The notes below the pieces were generated by a model. It did not search any database. It saw nothing but the letters and a program-made list of their open reading frames with translations, and was not told where the DNA came from. A program made the position numbers and the translations under genes. A stretch of 64,000 nucleotides of DNA from Azolla caroliniana (taxonomy: Eukaryota; Plantae; Polypodiophyta): assembly GCA_043228905.1 (NCBI GenBank), contig JBHGNT010000004.1:15190001-15254000 (forward strand). The letters run 5' to 3'. This document shows positions 1 through 10,899 of this stretch, piece by piece (positions within the stretch are counted from its first letter, which is position 1; each line of letters starts with the position of its first letter).

Positions 1-415
1 TTTCCATTGCCAATTTTTGGCGCACATGACTCCTCCTGCTTGTGGAAGTTCTGGAACTGCTACTGACATGTCGATTATGCCTATGATTTTGCTCTTGTCG
101 GCCGCCACCATTGCATGTCGATCCACCTCATCCTCCACGACCACAGGGCCGATCCGCCTCCGTGTACAGCATTCGGCTATCCGATTGTGTGCAACTTGAC
201 ACTACCACATGGTTCTTTTTGACCATAAGTATCGATTGCAGGTTGAAAAATGAATGTCGCTTCTGCCTTGTGCAGATAGCCGTCCGTATCACCCCGTACC
301 TCTAAGCTAGACCACCGAGGCAAATCTACACCATTTCATCTTCGTCCACCGTCACATTGATGAACCCCATGGCATCACAAATTTCCTTGATTTTGGTGTT
401 TTAATCTATCACCAT
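1..415 (-). pseudogene. Degenerate Ty1/Copia gag (UBN2-like) fragment
   Basis: Manual minus-strand translation gives KIKEICDAMGFINVTVDEDEMV*ICLGGLA*RYG..FFNLQSILM with in-frame stops. It is cut at 416 by an LTR. Confidence 0.65.
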
Positions 416-1530
416 TGTTAAGCGTTGGGATCACACCACGACCGGTAATGAAGAAGAGCGCACTGACAAGGACGTAGTATGGCTAAAGGACCTACGAAGA
501 CGGAATGGCAAGAGGAAAGAGGACTAAGGGACACCCAAGTGTGAAAGGTCCACACCCTAAATGTAAATGCTATATAAACCACATAGTGGTGGCTTTGTAA
601 GAACCTATCTCCCTATTGAGTAAGAGCTAGAGCTTCCTCTCCTCCTTGTAACCTTTAAGCTTAAGAGAGATTAGTGAAGTGTTTAGTTAGAGAACACTAA
701 TCTCTCTTCCTTGTTGGTGCTAGACCTCTTAGCAAAGAGGGTTAATAAAATATTCATTACTCTTATTGTCTACATTCATTACCCTATTGTCTATGAGAGC
801 GAGCTTGAGAGAGTGAGAGAGATATTGTGCTTAATCATGTACTAATCATTAAGTGAGTGTGAGGCTCGGAGGTGTCCGACAACTACCTCCTCCCGATTCA
901 TCATCAAAAGGGTATACGCCGGTCCGAGCTACGTGAACGACATCGAGGAGTTAACTCCATCAATACATAGATCTTACACATCTATTTGGCGCCACTACCG
1001 GGGATACGACAAACGCTTGAAGCCGACTTCGAGTGGTCAAACACTTGTAGGCAACCCACTTAACGAGCGAAGAAATAAAAAGGAAACCACTATTTGTGTT
1101 AATTAAAATACTCGCTATTTCACATTTTAATTAAGTTAATTTTCTTTTTTTTTAGTTTTAATTTACCCTTCCTTAATCACCCAGACATTAGCAAGCTATT
1201 CGTTCGGTTAACGCTAAGCATTGTTGTGGCGCCAAAAAATTCAAATTTCCCACTCAAAATTCGTCAAAAGATACGAGTTCGATAAAGGAAGCATCCTTCG
1301 ACAAAAGATCAAAGTTTGTCAAACCCACATCTTTCGACAAACCTGCATCCTTCCACGAAAGGTCAAAGTTCGACGAACCCACATCCTTCGACGAACCCAT
1401 ATCTTTCGACGAAAGGTCAAAGTTTTCCAAACCCTTATCTTTCGACGAACCCACATCCTTTGATGAAAGATCAAAGTTCGACGAACCCACATCCTTTGAC
1501 GAAAGATCAAAGTTCGACGAACCCACATCT
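416..1530 (+). mobile_element. 5' end of an Athila/Tat-like Gypsy element: LTR 416-980, PBS 987-1004, 5' leader; truncated at ~1530
   Basis: TGTTA start and ..ACACA end, with TATATAAA at ~571. TGGCGCCACTACCGGGGA follows the LTR and resembles the tRNA-Asp-type PBS TGGCGCCGTTGCCGGGGA. Confidence 0.6.
1260..1530. repeat. 18-bp minisatellite, ~15 units of two interspersed types
   Basis: Units TTCGACGAACCCACATCC and TTCGACGAAAGRTCAAAG read directly. Confidence 0.85.
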
Positions 1531-4512
1531 TTCTATGTCTTCAGTCCTTGATTGAAGTTGTGGTATTCGAACCACAAGTAAATCTTCCCTACTCATTTCT
1601 GATTCCCAAGTCAACACAACCCATGTAGTTATCTTTTCTTCAATTGGCATTATTGGCTTCTGTCCTGTGATTAATTCTGCAGGCATATATCCAGTAACAG
1701 TGCTGTGAGTTGTCCTATCAGCCCATTGTGCATAGGGTAAGGTTTTTGGCCAATCACTAACCTGTCCTCTACATGCCTTTGCCAAAGCTTTGACTATTGG
1801 CCCATGTCCCCTTTCTACCTTTCCATTAGCTTCTGGATTGTACGTCGTTGTCAAAGAAATCCGAATTCCTATTTTGTCGAAAAATCTTGAGCTTCCGCAG
1901 AATTGAGTTCTCCCCTATTTGCCACTATCTTCCCGGTACATCCATATCTACAAACAATGTCCTCCAAGATGAATTGACATACTCCTAATGTCCCTTTTGT
2001 TCGCAATGAACGGCCTTCCACTTGATTTGTTAGATCTTCTCTAGCAAGAACCAAGTATCTCTTTTGTCCTACTCCAAGTGGCATTGTTACCAAATCTATC
2101 ATCCACTTGTAATGCACCACCAGTGAGTATGTTGGGTGTAATTCATCACAAAATTTTACATTTGAATAATATTGACAAGTGGGACAAGTTTCCACATACT
2201 TTTTTATTTGCTCATAGTATCGAGGCCACCAAAATCGTTCTTTAATCTTACTGAAACTGGCCCACACTCCTCGATGACCAGCCCATTCTTTGTCATGCAG
2301 CTCTTTGATTATCTCCTTTCTTTGCCCTTCAGAACCTATTACTCTTTGCGGGTTTCCAGTCTTGGTTTTCGGATGTCGCCATAGATATCCTTCATGCAGG
2401 AAGAACTTATGGGCTTTCTTGCGAAACTGTGCGAACTCTTTCCCAGATCGACCTTTGTACTTGTCATGGGTTTGTAGGTATTTCCCTATTTCCTTGAATT
2501 CTTCTTCATATTCCTCTTTTAGAAACTGCATTCCTCCTTCCCAGGTAATGCTTGTGGTAAGGACTGTTTGTTCTTTGTCCTCATCGTCCGAGTCTGGAAT
2601 CTCCTCTTCCTCATACCTTGCTCTTGATAACATATCTGCTACTGCATTTCTATTCCCAGAGATATGTCAAACTTCAGGGTTGACTGATCTAATATAGATA
2701 CACCATCTTAACATGGTTTGATCTGGAATATCACAATTAGCTATGATACCCAGAATAGGCAAACAATCTGTTTCTATTATTACTTCAGCACCAATTAAGT
2801 AATCTCTGTCAGTCTTTACAGCTGTTACTATCCCCCATAGCTCTCTTTTCAACTATGCATATTTTCTTTGTCGACCACTAAGAACCTTTGCCCCGAATCG
2901 GACTGGATACCTTTCTTCCCTATCTTGTTGGCTTATCACCTATCCAATTCCAATGGGACTAGAGTCTACTGTGAGATATATGGGCCGGGTGTAGTCTGGT
3001 TGCTTTAATGGTGGAGCTTGTGCCAAGTAGTACTTCAATTTCTTCATTGCCTTTGAATGCTCTTCACTCCATTCAAATGTCTCTCCTTTTCTTAGGAGTC
3101 TATATAAAGGTTCAGATAAATGGGCATAATGCGGAATCCATTTACAGTAAAAGACACATACCCCCAGAAACCTTCGTACTTTTGAGATGGATGTACATTC
3201 CTCTTGCATATTTTGAATTGCATTGACCTTGGTTGGGGATGGCTTTCTCCCATACGGGCCACACATATGACCAACTATTAATATCTCTTTTGCCCCAAAT
3301 ATTGACTTCGCCCCTGACAAGGTCAAATGCACTTCTTCCATCCTTGATAGCACCTTCTCACAATCCTTGATATGATCAGCAACAAATTGACGGCAACCAC
3401 TTTCGTCCAATTCCTCGTTCTTCTCTTTCTCCTTGCATCCCTTAATTGGAACATCATCTTAAAAAGGCATTGTAATATGAGGAATAAAATCACGAAGTAC
3501 CTTGTTCATTCCATTCATCATATGTGCCATTGAGTTGGTCGCTCCTTGCGGCAAGGTGCACATCCGTACTAACCCTATAGGTGTCTTGATAGAAGTTATA
3601 TCTCGACTTTTGATAGCAAGTTGAAATTGATCATATCTCGAGTTTCGGATTGTTACCTTATTCACGGGTTGCATATCTTGGATAAATCGGAATCGCCCAT
3701 CTTTCTTTAACACAGTGAACCATCGACTCGAGTAAGGAGTGTTCGATGGTTCCAAGATACCCATCCTTATGTTTTCTTTCAAAAGTTCTAATAGTTGAGG
3801 GATTCTAGCCCTAGGCATGGGTATTGGCTTAAAGTTCCATGGAATATTAGGGATAGTGAATATAACCATGGGCTCCACAATTTCTGGATACACACCCTAT
3901 TTCCTCTGGTTGGAATGCGAACGCCTTTCCATGCCTTTTTAACATCTCCCTGAACTGCTTTTCTTCAGCGGGTAATAGGAAGTCACCCCCTCCAATTTTC
4001 ATCCCTTGTATTGTTTCCGGAGTAAACACATGTCCTTCCTTTTGTGGGTCTCTGATCATTGGCTCTGTGGCTGCTTCTTTGATTGCCTTTTCACTATCCC
4101 CTGGAAGTGGAGCAGCAATAGGAAGAACCTTCTTCTCCACTGTCTTGTACTTTGTTAGTACATGTGCTTCATGATCCTTTCGAGCAACTTCTTCAATGAC
4201 CTTGTACATCTTCATTGAATGGACAGGAACTTGGATTTCGTTGTCTTCTTCCATTGCTTCCAAATGAGTTATTGTATCTTCAAAACTTAATTCTTCAAAC
4301 ATATCCTGAATTTCTTCATCATCATCTATTAATCCAGAACACTTAAAGTACTCGAAAGCATTTTGTATTTTATTATTATTTACTTTTAGTATAAAAGTAG
4401 CACCATTAGATGAGATTGTACAAGGAATATCTTTATTTACATTATTATTTATGGGGTTTTCTTTTATGCTTGGGCTATCACAGCCCCTACCTGTAAAAGC
4501 CCTATCTAAAAA
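1531..4512 (-). pseudogene. Gypsy pol (RT-RNase H-integrase), disrupted
   Basis: ORF pieces 3847-4302, 3459-3893, 2940-3410, 2667-2852, 1869-2633, 1507-1854. Contains stops, frameshifts and an internal RT deletion near 3640. Confidence 0.9.
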
Positions 4513-6395
4513 TCCTGGGAAAACTCTTCATCCACATTACCAATTGTTACCTTCACCCTAGGACATGCTCCGAATAGATCCTCCATAGTCTCTGTGGCAG
4601 CTCTTATTTTCCACCCATGATTCTTGTCGATCGGCCACCATCCTCGAGCGTAAAATTCCGATGACATCATGTTAATCTCAGATCCATGATCGATCAAAGC
4701 AATACATAGAATTTGCTGCTCCCCAATTTTTGTAGGTGCCTCCGTTGTTGCTCGAGCCCAATGGTCCCTTGTATAGTGACTCCTATCCCCTTCATGGACG
4801 CCAACATCATTCTGGTTTTTTACACTTGCAGCATTGATGGTGTCACCATACAAATCTTGGAGTGTTGTTGCACACCCTCCCGTAATTTCCTCCGTCACCT
4901 GTCTCTTCCTTCTTATATTATCTATGATAACTTCATGAAATTCTTTCTTTGCTATACCCAACACTTCTCTTAAAGTAAATTCTACCTTACTATTTAATAT
5001 TCTTGTTTCTAGTACCTTTTTTATATCCGTCGTTGTTTCTATGTCTGAGGCAAGCTTGAAAGATGGGCATGTCTTTCCTTTTACTTTATCAGCTTCCTTC
5101 GACTCAATAGCACCCTTTTCCATCTCCCTTCTCTTTTGTTCTCGTGTCTCATGTCTCTTTGTCGGATCAGCTTCCTTAGCTCTCTTCCGCTTCTCTTCCA
5201 CTAGCACATCTTGTGCATTCACTTGGCCGAATGTTGATAGCGCGTCTACTGGATCATTCCATCTAGTGAAGCTTCGTATTTCATCTCCCGCTCTTTTTAA
5301 TTCATCCACTCGAACCTTCCCTTTTCTTGCATAATCCATCACATCTTGCCAAAAGCCAGATCCACCATATGAGTCTTCTACGCGCAATCCTAAGGTTGCC
5401 ACGGATTGTATTGCTTGAGTCGTTTCTCTCTAGGCATCTTCCATTAGCTTTTTCATTCCTCCTCGCTCGAAGTTGAGTTGAAGTGGTTGTCGAGTCTCTA
5501 TTGAGTCAATCTTGCCATCTTGATAGTAGATTTTATTATGATTCAGAGCATCCCTATGCTCTTGACAATCTTTCTTCTGGTGGTCGATACTATCACACCA
5601 CATACACCTTCGGACCATTCCACCTCCCTGCCTTGATGAAGTTGAGCTTTGTCCCGATTCTAGTTTCGTCACTTTGATCGACAAGTCTTTCATGCCTTTC
5701 ACTAATTCGTGTAAGAGTGATTCTTCTACTTTCTTTTCTCCCGATTGGTTCCCCGTTTCTTCATCATTTCTGGTAGGCAACTCCATAAACCATAACTTTC
5801 TTTTGTAGAAATGGGCGCACGCCCTTTTCACCTCCTCCCAATCTTCGGTAAGTCCACTTGGACTATTCTGATCTTGTAAAAGCATTCCCAAGTCCTTCCT
5901 GTCTTTAATATTAGTAGCTTGTAGAAACAATATTACTTTATCTGGCACTATTATATTTCTATCTCTAACATTTAGTTGCTCAAATCTTTCAGAAAACTCT
6001 TTTAATACTTCCAAAACACTTAAATGTTTATTAGACTCTACCCAATCCATGAACGCTTGCCTTGTCATCCTTGACATATCGTTGAGGTTGTATTCATTGA
6101 GTAATGCTCTTTCGAATGTTGTCCATGTCTAATTCTCCCTTTGGAGCTCTTGGATCCTCTCTTGTAGCCCAATCGCAGCGACTCGACTAAAGCTATTAAT
6201 TTTTGCAGCTTCGTCGACTCCACATTTAAGCATTTCTTCATTGTAAATCTTCAAAAATCTTGTTAAATTTATACCTTCGAGGATTCCTACTCATGCAAAA
6301 ATATTGTCGACGGCTTTGTCGATGCTTGCCATCATCCCTTGCTCTTGCATCATTCGTTCCATCATCGTACACATAAGCCTCATTTGCTCCTCCAT
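4506..6395 (-). pseudogene. Gypsy gag-protease, disrupted
   Basis: ATG at 6395 (MEEQMRLM..), zinc knuckle CMWCDSIDHQKKDC, protease DHGS motif, several stops. Confidence 0.85.
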
Positions 6396-6413
6396 TTCTC
6401 CTTGTCGCCACTT

Positions 6414-6430
6414 TCACGTCGGGTTCACCA
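6414..6430 (-). promoter_or_regulatory. Primer binding site, tRNA-Trp
   Basis: TGGTGAACCCGACGTGA is complementary to the plant tRNA-Trp 3' end. The same motif occurs at 52870-52886 and 61476-61492. Confidence 0.85.
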
Positions 6431-6804
6431 AATGTGTCGAGGTAGTTGTGGTTTGTGCGGCGAAGTCGCGGGGACTAAGGTTAAGGGGAGTTGAAGAAAC
6501 TTAACTTTTAATAAGGCTTGTATGGTGATGATAGAATGGTTAAGGATAGTAAGAAGAAGAGTTACGAGTAATGTGTGTGTGTGAGAGAGAGAGAGAGAGA
6601 CGAGCATAGATAAAAGATAGAGACAATGTATGATTCAAGAAAGAAGATTGAGACAAAGTATGATTCTAGAAAGAAGATTGAGACAAAGTATGATTCAAGG
6701 AACAAGAGTATATGATATAAACATTCAATGTATATTAAAAGTATAATATTTTACCAACTTTACAATCCTTGATCGCAAACTGAACACATTCTCTATCGAC
6801 CCTT

Positions 6805-6862
6805 GATTTGAACCCACGACCTCAACTTCGAAACGAGATGTTCTCCACCCAATGAGCTAGTC
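6805..6862 (-). other. tRNA-like Pol III A-box/B-box cassette within LTR
   Basis: TAGCTCATTGG .. GTGGGTTCAAATC at tRNA-like spacing; no acceptor stem. Confidence 0.6.
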
Positions 6863-7130
6863 TTCTTTACTTGATTATATCATTTTCTCACTCTCTCTTG
6901 ATCGATCTCTTGTTTTCCTTGCCCCTCTTTATATAAGTGTTGGCATGCATATGATAATGTATGGGAGCATGGCATGCATGCAATGCATGAGTTACATGTA
7001 ATGCATGATCGCCATTTGGCGCACATGGATTGCACGTGATGCATGGTAGCCATCATGCTCACTTGAGCTCCCATGTATGAAAATAGATATGGGATAAGTA
7101 TAATAATGAAAACATATTCTAAAATAACTA

Positions 7131-7190
7131 ACCTAGCTTAGTGGTGTATACTTTGTGTTTGGCATACAAGGTTGAGAGTTCAAGTCTCTC
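7131..7190 (+). other. tRNA-like A-box/B-box cassette within LTR (TGG anticodon-like loop)
   Basis: A box TAGCTTAGTGG, arm TTGTG-TTTGGCA-TACAA, perfect T-arm GAGAG-TTCAAGT-CTCTC. Confidence 0.65.
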
Positions 7191-7266
7191 AATTTTACTT
7201 AATACAATATATAGCTTCATTCTTATATCATGAAGCACATTTGTTACAAACTTTTACAAATAAATA

Positions 7267-7326
7267 GCGTAGCCTAGTGGTATGTACATTGTATTTCGTA
7301 TATAAGGATGTGGGTTCAAGTCTCTC
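7267..7326 (+). other. tRNA-like A-box/B-box cassette within LTR (duplicate of 7131-7190)
   Basis: TAGCCTAGTGG .. TTGTA-TTTCGTA-TATAA .. GTGGGTTCAAGTC. Confidence 0.6.
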
Positions 7327-7661
7327 AAATATTATTAAATACAACATTTAAGCTCATTTTTATATCGTGAAGCACATTCTTCACGACAACGCTACCAAAC
7401 ATGACCCTCCCATCGAGCCCAGGAACTAAAGCACCTCTCAACACACCCCCACTACAGGAGAGCCCAATGGCAAATCCACTCAGTGTAGAGCGACACATAT
7501 GGGATGCCGGCCAGGAGTTACAGGTGATAGAACAAGAAATCAATATATGAACGATACAACTCGTGAAAGGAGGACAACCTGTTACTCCTTGGGCTGGACT
7601 AGCCCTAACACAGGGTGCCCCTTAGGACACTTCACCAAAGGGTGGTGCAAGTGGGGTAGTG

Positions 7662-8103
7662 TGTTACCGGCCGGCGAAGAAGGCTTAAGGAGGTCCAAAC
7701 CAGAGTGTGAAAGGAATAGTTATTTGGGAACTATTGTAATTAGTAGTTATAAGAAGATGTGGACGGATGGACCGAAATTGGTATGTTGATCCGGATCCGG
7801 AATGATTCCGTAAAGGTGCCGTTTGGCACCGTTTTGTATTTCGCACCGGAGACCTATATAAAGGCCCGATTACAATGTAATCAGGAGCGGATAATTAATA
7901 AAGCGTATTGTCTTAATCTTCAAGTGTTGATTACCGTTCTGTATTTATTGTTATATCTTACGCGTGTTAATTACAGATGGCTAAGTAATCGATTAAGGTC
8001 TAATTAAGCATTGTGCCGTAAGTCATTCTGTCGTACCACCCTTTGGTGACGTGTCTTAAGTGGACACCCTGTGTTAGGTTGTTGTCCGGCCCTAGCAATA
8101 ACA
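7662..8103 (+). repeat. 5' LTR of element A
   Basis: TGTTA..TAACA; direct repeat of 35695-36136. Confidence 0.95.
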
Positions 8104-8110
8104 CAGTTTT

Positions 8111-8120
8111 TGGCGACCAC
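8111..8120 (+). promoter_or_regulatory. Primer binding site, probably tRNA-Arg(UCG)
   Basis: TGGCGACCAC begins 7 nt after the LTR end. Confidence 0.6.
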
Positions 8121-8154
8121 GATTTCTGCATTATCGCAGTGAACAACGACAAGA

Positions 8155-10667
8155 ATGGATGACTAGGCCAACAGACGACCCGGTTACGGAGAGAGCACGA
8201 AGACTTGCTTAATGGAGACGGCGGCGAGAGGCTTTCCAGCAAGCAGCGGAAGAAATCCGAACGGATCGATCATTTTCCAAAGTGACCCGGAAAGTGGCGG
8301 AGGAGTCGCTCCGTCTGCAACAAAACGCCTACCCGGACGAAGGAAGCTGCTTAAGCAGCCTCCGGGAAGCGGAAACCCTTCTCCAAGCCTTGGACGGAAG
8401 AGACGGCGAATCCGAAGCATTTTCAGCGCTGGAATCAGATTCGAAAGGGGGTTACAGCGTGCATACGAACTATCGCAGCAGTAACGACACCCCAGGAGGA
8501 CCGGAGGACGGGGAGTCGGATACTTTACCGACACCAGAACCAGAGTTGGTAGACCAAGAACCTCCGACACTCGTCGTGGAGCAACCTCCGGAGACGGAAG
8601 TACACCGGCAAAAACTCCAACACCGGAAGTCGAGCCGGCAACACCAAAGGAAGACCGGCAAAGACCTCGGACGCCGGCGGAACAACAGGAAAGACCACCG
8701 ACACCGCTAGGCCGCGTACCGACACCGGACGACGATATGTCATTCCAATACTCCAAGTATCGGGATGACCCGGACGTGGAAGCTCATGTTCACGCATTTG
8801 AACAAACATGGGAAGCAAACCATGTGTCACAACGGTTAACCACGGCAGAAGAGGAACGATCTAAGATAGTTGAATTCGGCGTAACATTAGAAGGACCGGC
8901 CGCCAGATGGCACCAGACGCAGGATCGCAGCACCATCACCACCTTTGAGGACCTGAAAGAAAAATTCTTGCACTTCTTCTAGAAGGAGGTGGATCAACGA
9001 GAAATGGTGGGCTTATTTTATACAATTCGGCAGGACCCCAGCGAGAGCATCCCACAGTTTGTCATCCAGTTTCAACGGATGCACAGTCAGCTTACCCGCG
9101 CACCTCCAGAGGAAGAAACGCGGGCTATATTTTTAGCCGCGCTCCGGGAACCTCTACGAACGGTATGCACGGTCATTGACTTTCGCACAAGCACCGTCGA
9201 CCAGGTCATCGATTGGGTTTGAGAAATGGAGAAAACGAACTCTTGGCTAACAATGGGAGCCCTCCAACGAGCAGTACCAACCGATGAGGATCTCCGTTTC
9301 CGGCAAGCAATCCAATGCACGACCTGCTTGAATTCCGGACACTCGTCACTGGAGTGCACCATGCGGACGCACTGCTTACTCTGCCAATCTACGAGCCACA
9401 CGATGGACCAGTGCGAATATAACTTATTGAATCGGCAAGCTCCACCAGTCCGGCAAATCGAGCCACGTAGCAGCTGAGACGAAGAAGACGAACGCTGGCA
9501 ACGAGAGGAGCGATATCGACCGACACAAGATGTCCGGTACGACAATCGGCGAGACAACTACGACCGGTACAAGAGATATGACAAGTACCGAGATTACAAT
9601 GGACGGTACGAGCATCACAACCGGGATCACTCCCTCGGGTATCACCAACGACGGGAAGATTACAGGAGATATGACGACCAACCCCGGCAAGGGTACCGCA
9701 ACAAAAAGCATTTTAATAAAAAACGGCATTTCAAAAACGGGAGCCACCCACGTGAACCGGAAAAAGGCGCCTCAAGCAGCCAACTAGACTAGAGCCCCGC
9801 GGTTACCACAAGTCCTCCACTGCGTACAGGAAACAATGCCGAATCCAGCAACACCCGGCAAGAAGGACATTATAGTAATCAATGTCCGGCAAAAAGCTAT
9901 GATAAGCGACCGGCAGTAAACATGGTAGTCGCCGAAGTCGCAGACCTCCAGCAGGTCACCACAAGGTCGAAGGGGAAGACTACAGAATGGGAGACACAAG
10001 AGGCCATCTGGAAACAGGCAACGGAATGGGTCAAAAAGTCAAATGAGCAAAACGTAGCAGAACTCGCGCAACAGAAGGAGAACATCAAAGAGCTCGTCGG
10101 CGGCAGTCAGTTTGAAAACGTGACATGGCAGGTATTGCAGGAATGCCAGATCACGTTGCTGTTAGGACGACTCTTGTAGCTAGTACCAAGATTCACAGAA
10201 GGACTCAAGTCCGGCATGACGACAGGCGGAACACCACCGGCTCTGGCATTCTTCTCAAATCCGGAAGAAGGACCGGCCGTGGTGGACACCAACAGTCCGG
10301 CAATTACGGCCATTGTGAAAGGGAAAGAACTCCCCAGCACCATAATAGATGGAGGCTCCGGCGTTAATGTAATCAGCCTTCGGACATGCAATGCTCTTGG
10401 AATCCGAGAGTGGGAGTCATGTCCATTCTGGCTTCGAATGGCGGACACAAGCTCGGTGCGACCGACAGGTTTAATACGGAACTTGGAAGTAACCATCGGG
10501 GGCCACACATTCTGAATCTCAGCCGTAGTTCTCCAGTTGCAAGCAGAAGGAGCATACCCATTATTGTTGGGACGCCCTTGGTTTAAAACGGCACATATCA
10601 AGCAGAACTGGAGGAGGAATATGATTACGTTTCGACGGGGAAAAGCGAAGATATGGGTACCAACACA
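8155..10667 (+). pseudogene. Element A gag and protease, disrupted
   Basis: Retrotrans-gag motifs (FGVTLEGPAARW, TIRQDPSESI), zinc knuckles CTTCLNSGHSSLEC and CLLCQSTSHTMDQC, protease IIDGGSGVN, premature stops. Confidence 0.85.
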
Positions 10668-10899
10668 GGGTCGAAGCACGCTACGGTGTACTAGAAAGGT
10701 GCCACACATTCTGAATCTCAGCCGTAGTTCTCCAGTTGCAAGCAGAAGGAGCATACCCATTATTGTTGGGACGCCCTTGGTTTAAAACGGCACATATCAA
10801 GCAGAACTTGAGGAGGAATATGATTACGTTTCGACGGGGAAAAGCGAAGATATGGGTACCAACACAGGGTCGAAGCACGCTACGGTGTACTAGAAAGGT
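10502..10899. repeat. 199-bp tandem duplication spanning the Gypsy/DNA-transposon junction
   Basis: 10502-10700 equals 10701-10899 with one substitution. Each copy includes the CACA TSD and the left TIR (10668 and 10867). Confidence 0.95.

Larger units (their letters stand above)
1531..7388 (-). mobile_element. Ty3/Gypsy LTR retrotransposon (tRNA-Trp primed, fungal/Ylt1-like RT), 3'-truncated in integrase
   Basis: 5' LTR 6435-7388, PBS 6414-6430, then gag, protease (ALIDHGSEIN), RT (MCTLPQGATNS), RNase H and integrase (WMIDLVTMP, YNPEANGKVER). Confidence 0.9.
6435..7388 (-). repeat. 5' LTR (TGTCG..CGACA)
   Basis: Terminal inverted TGTCG/CGACA, adjacent PBS, TATA at ~6930, CATGCA cluster. 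Confidence 0.85.

Noticed and set aside
1260-1530. Heat-shock elements or coding ORFs in the 18-bp array
   Set aside because: TTC-GAC-GAA has 3-nt rather than 2-nt spacing, and the ORFs are by-products of a stop-poor repeat.
7131-7326. Functional tRNA genes
   Set aside because: No paired acceptor stem and weak D-arms; reported only as tRNA-derived cassettes.
7389-7579. Short coding-like fragment between two LTRs
   Set aside because: Too short, contains a stop and has no recognisable motif; left unassigned.
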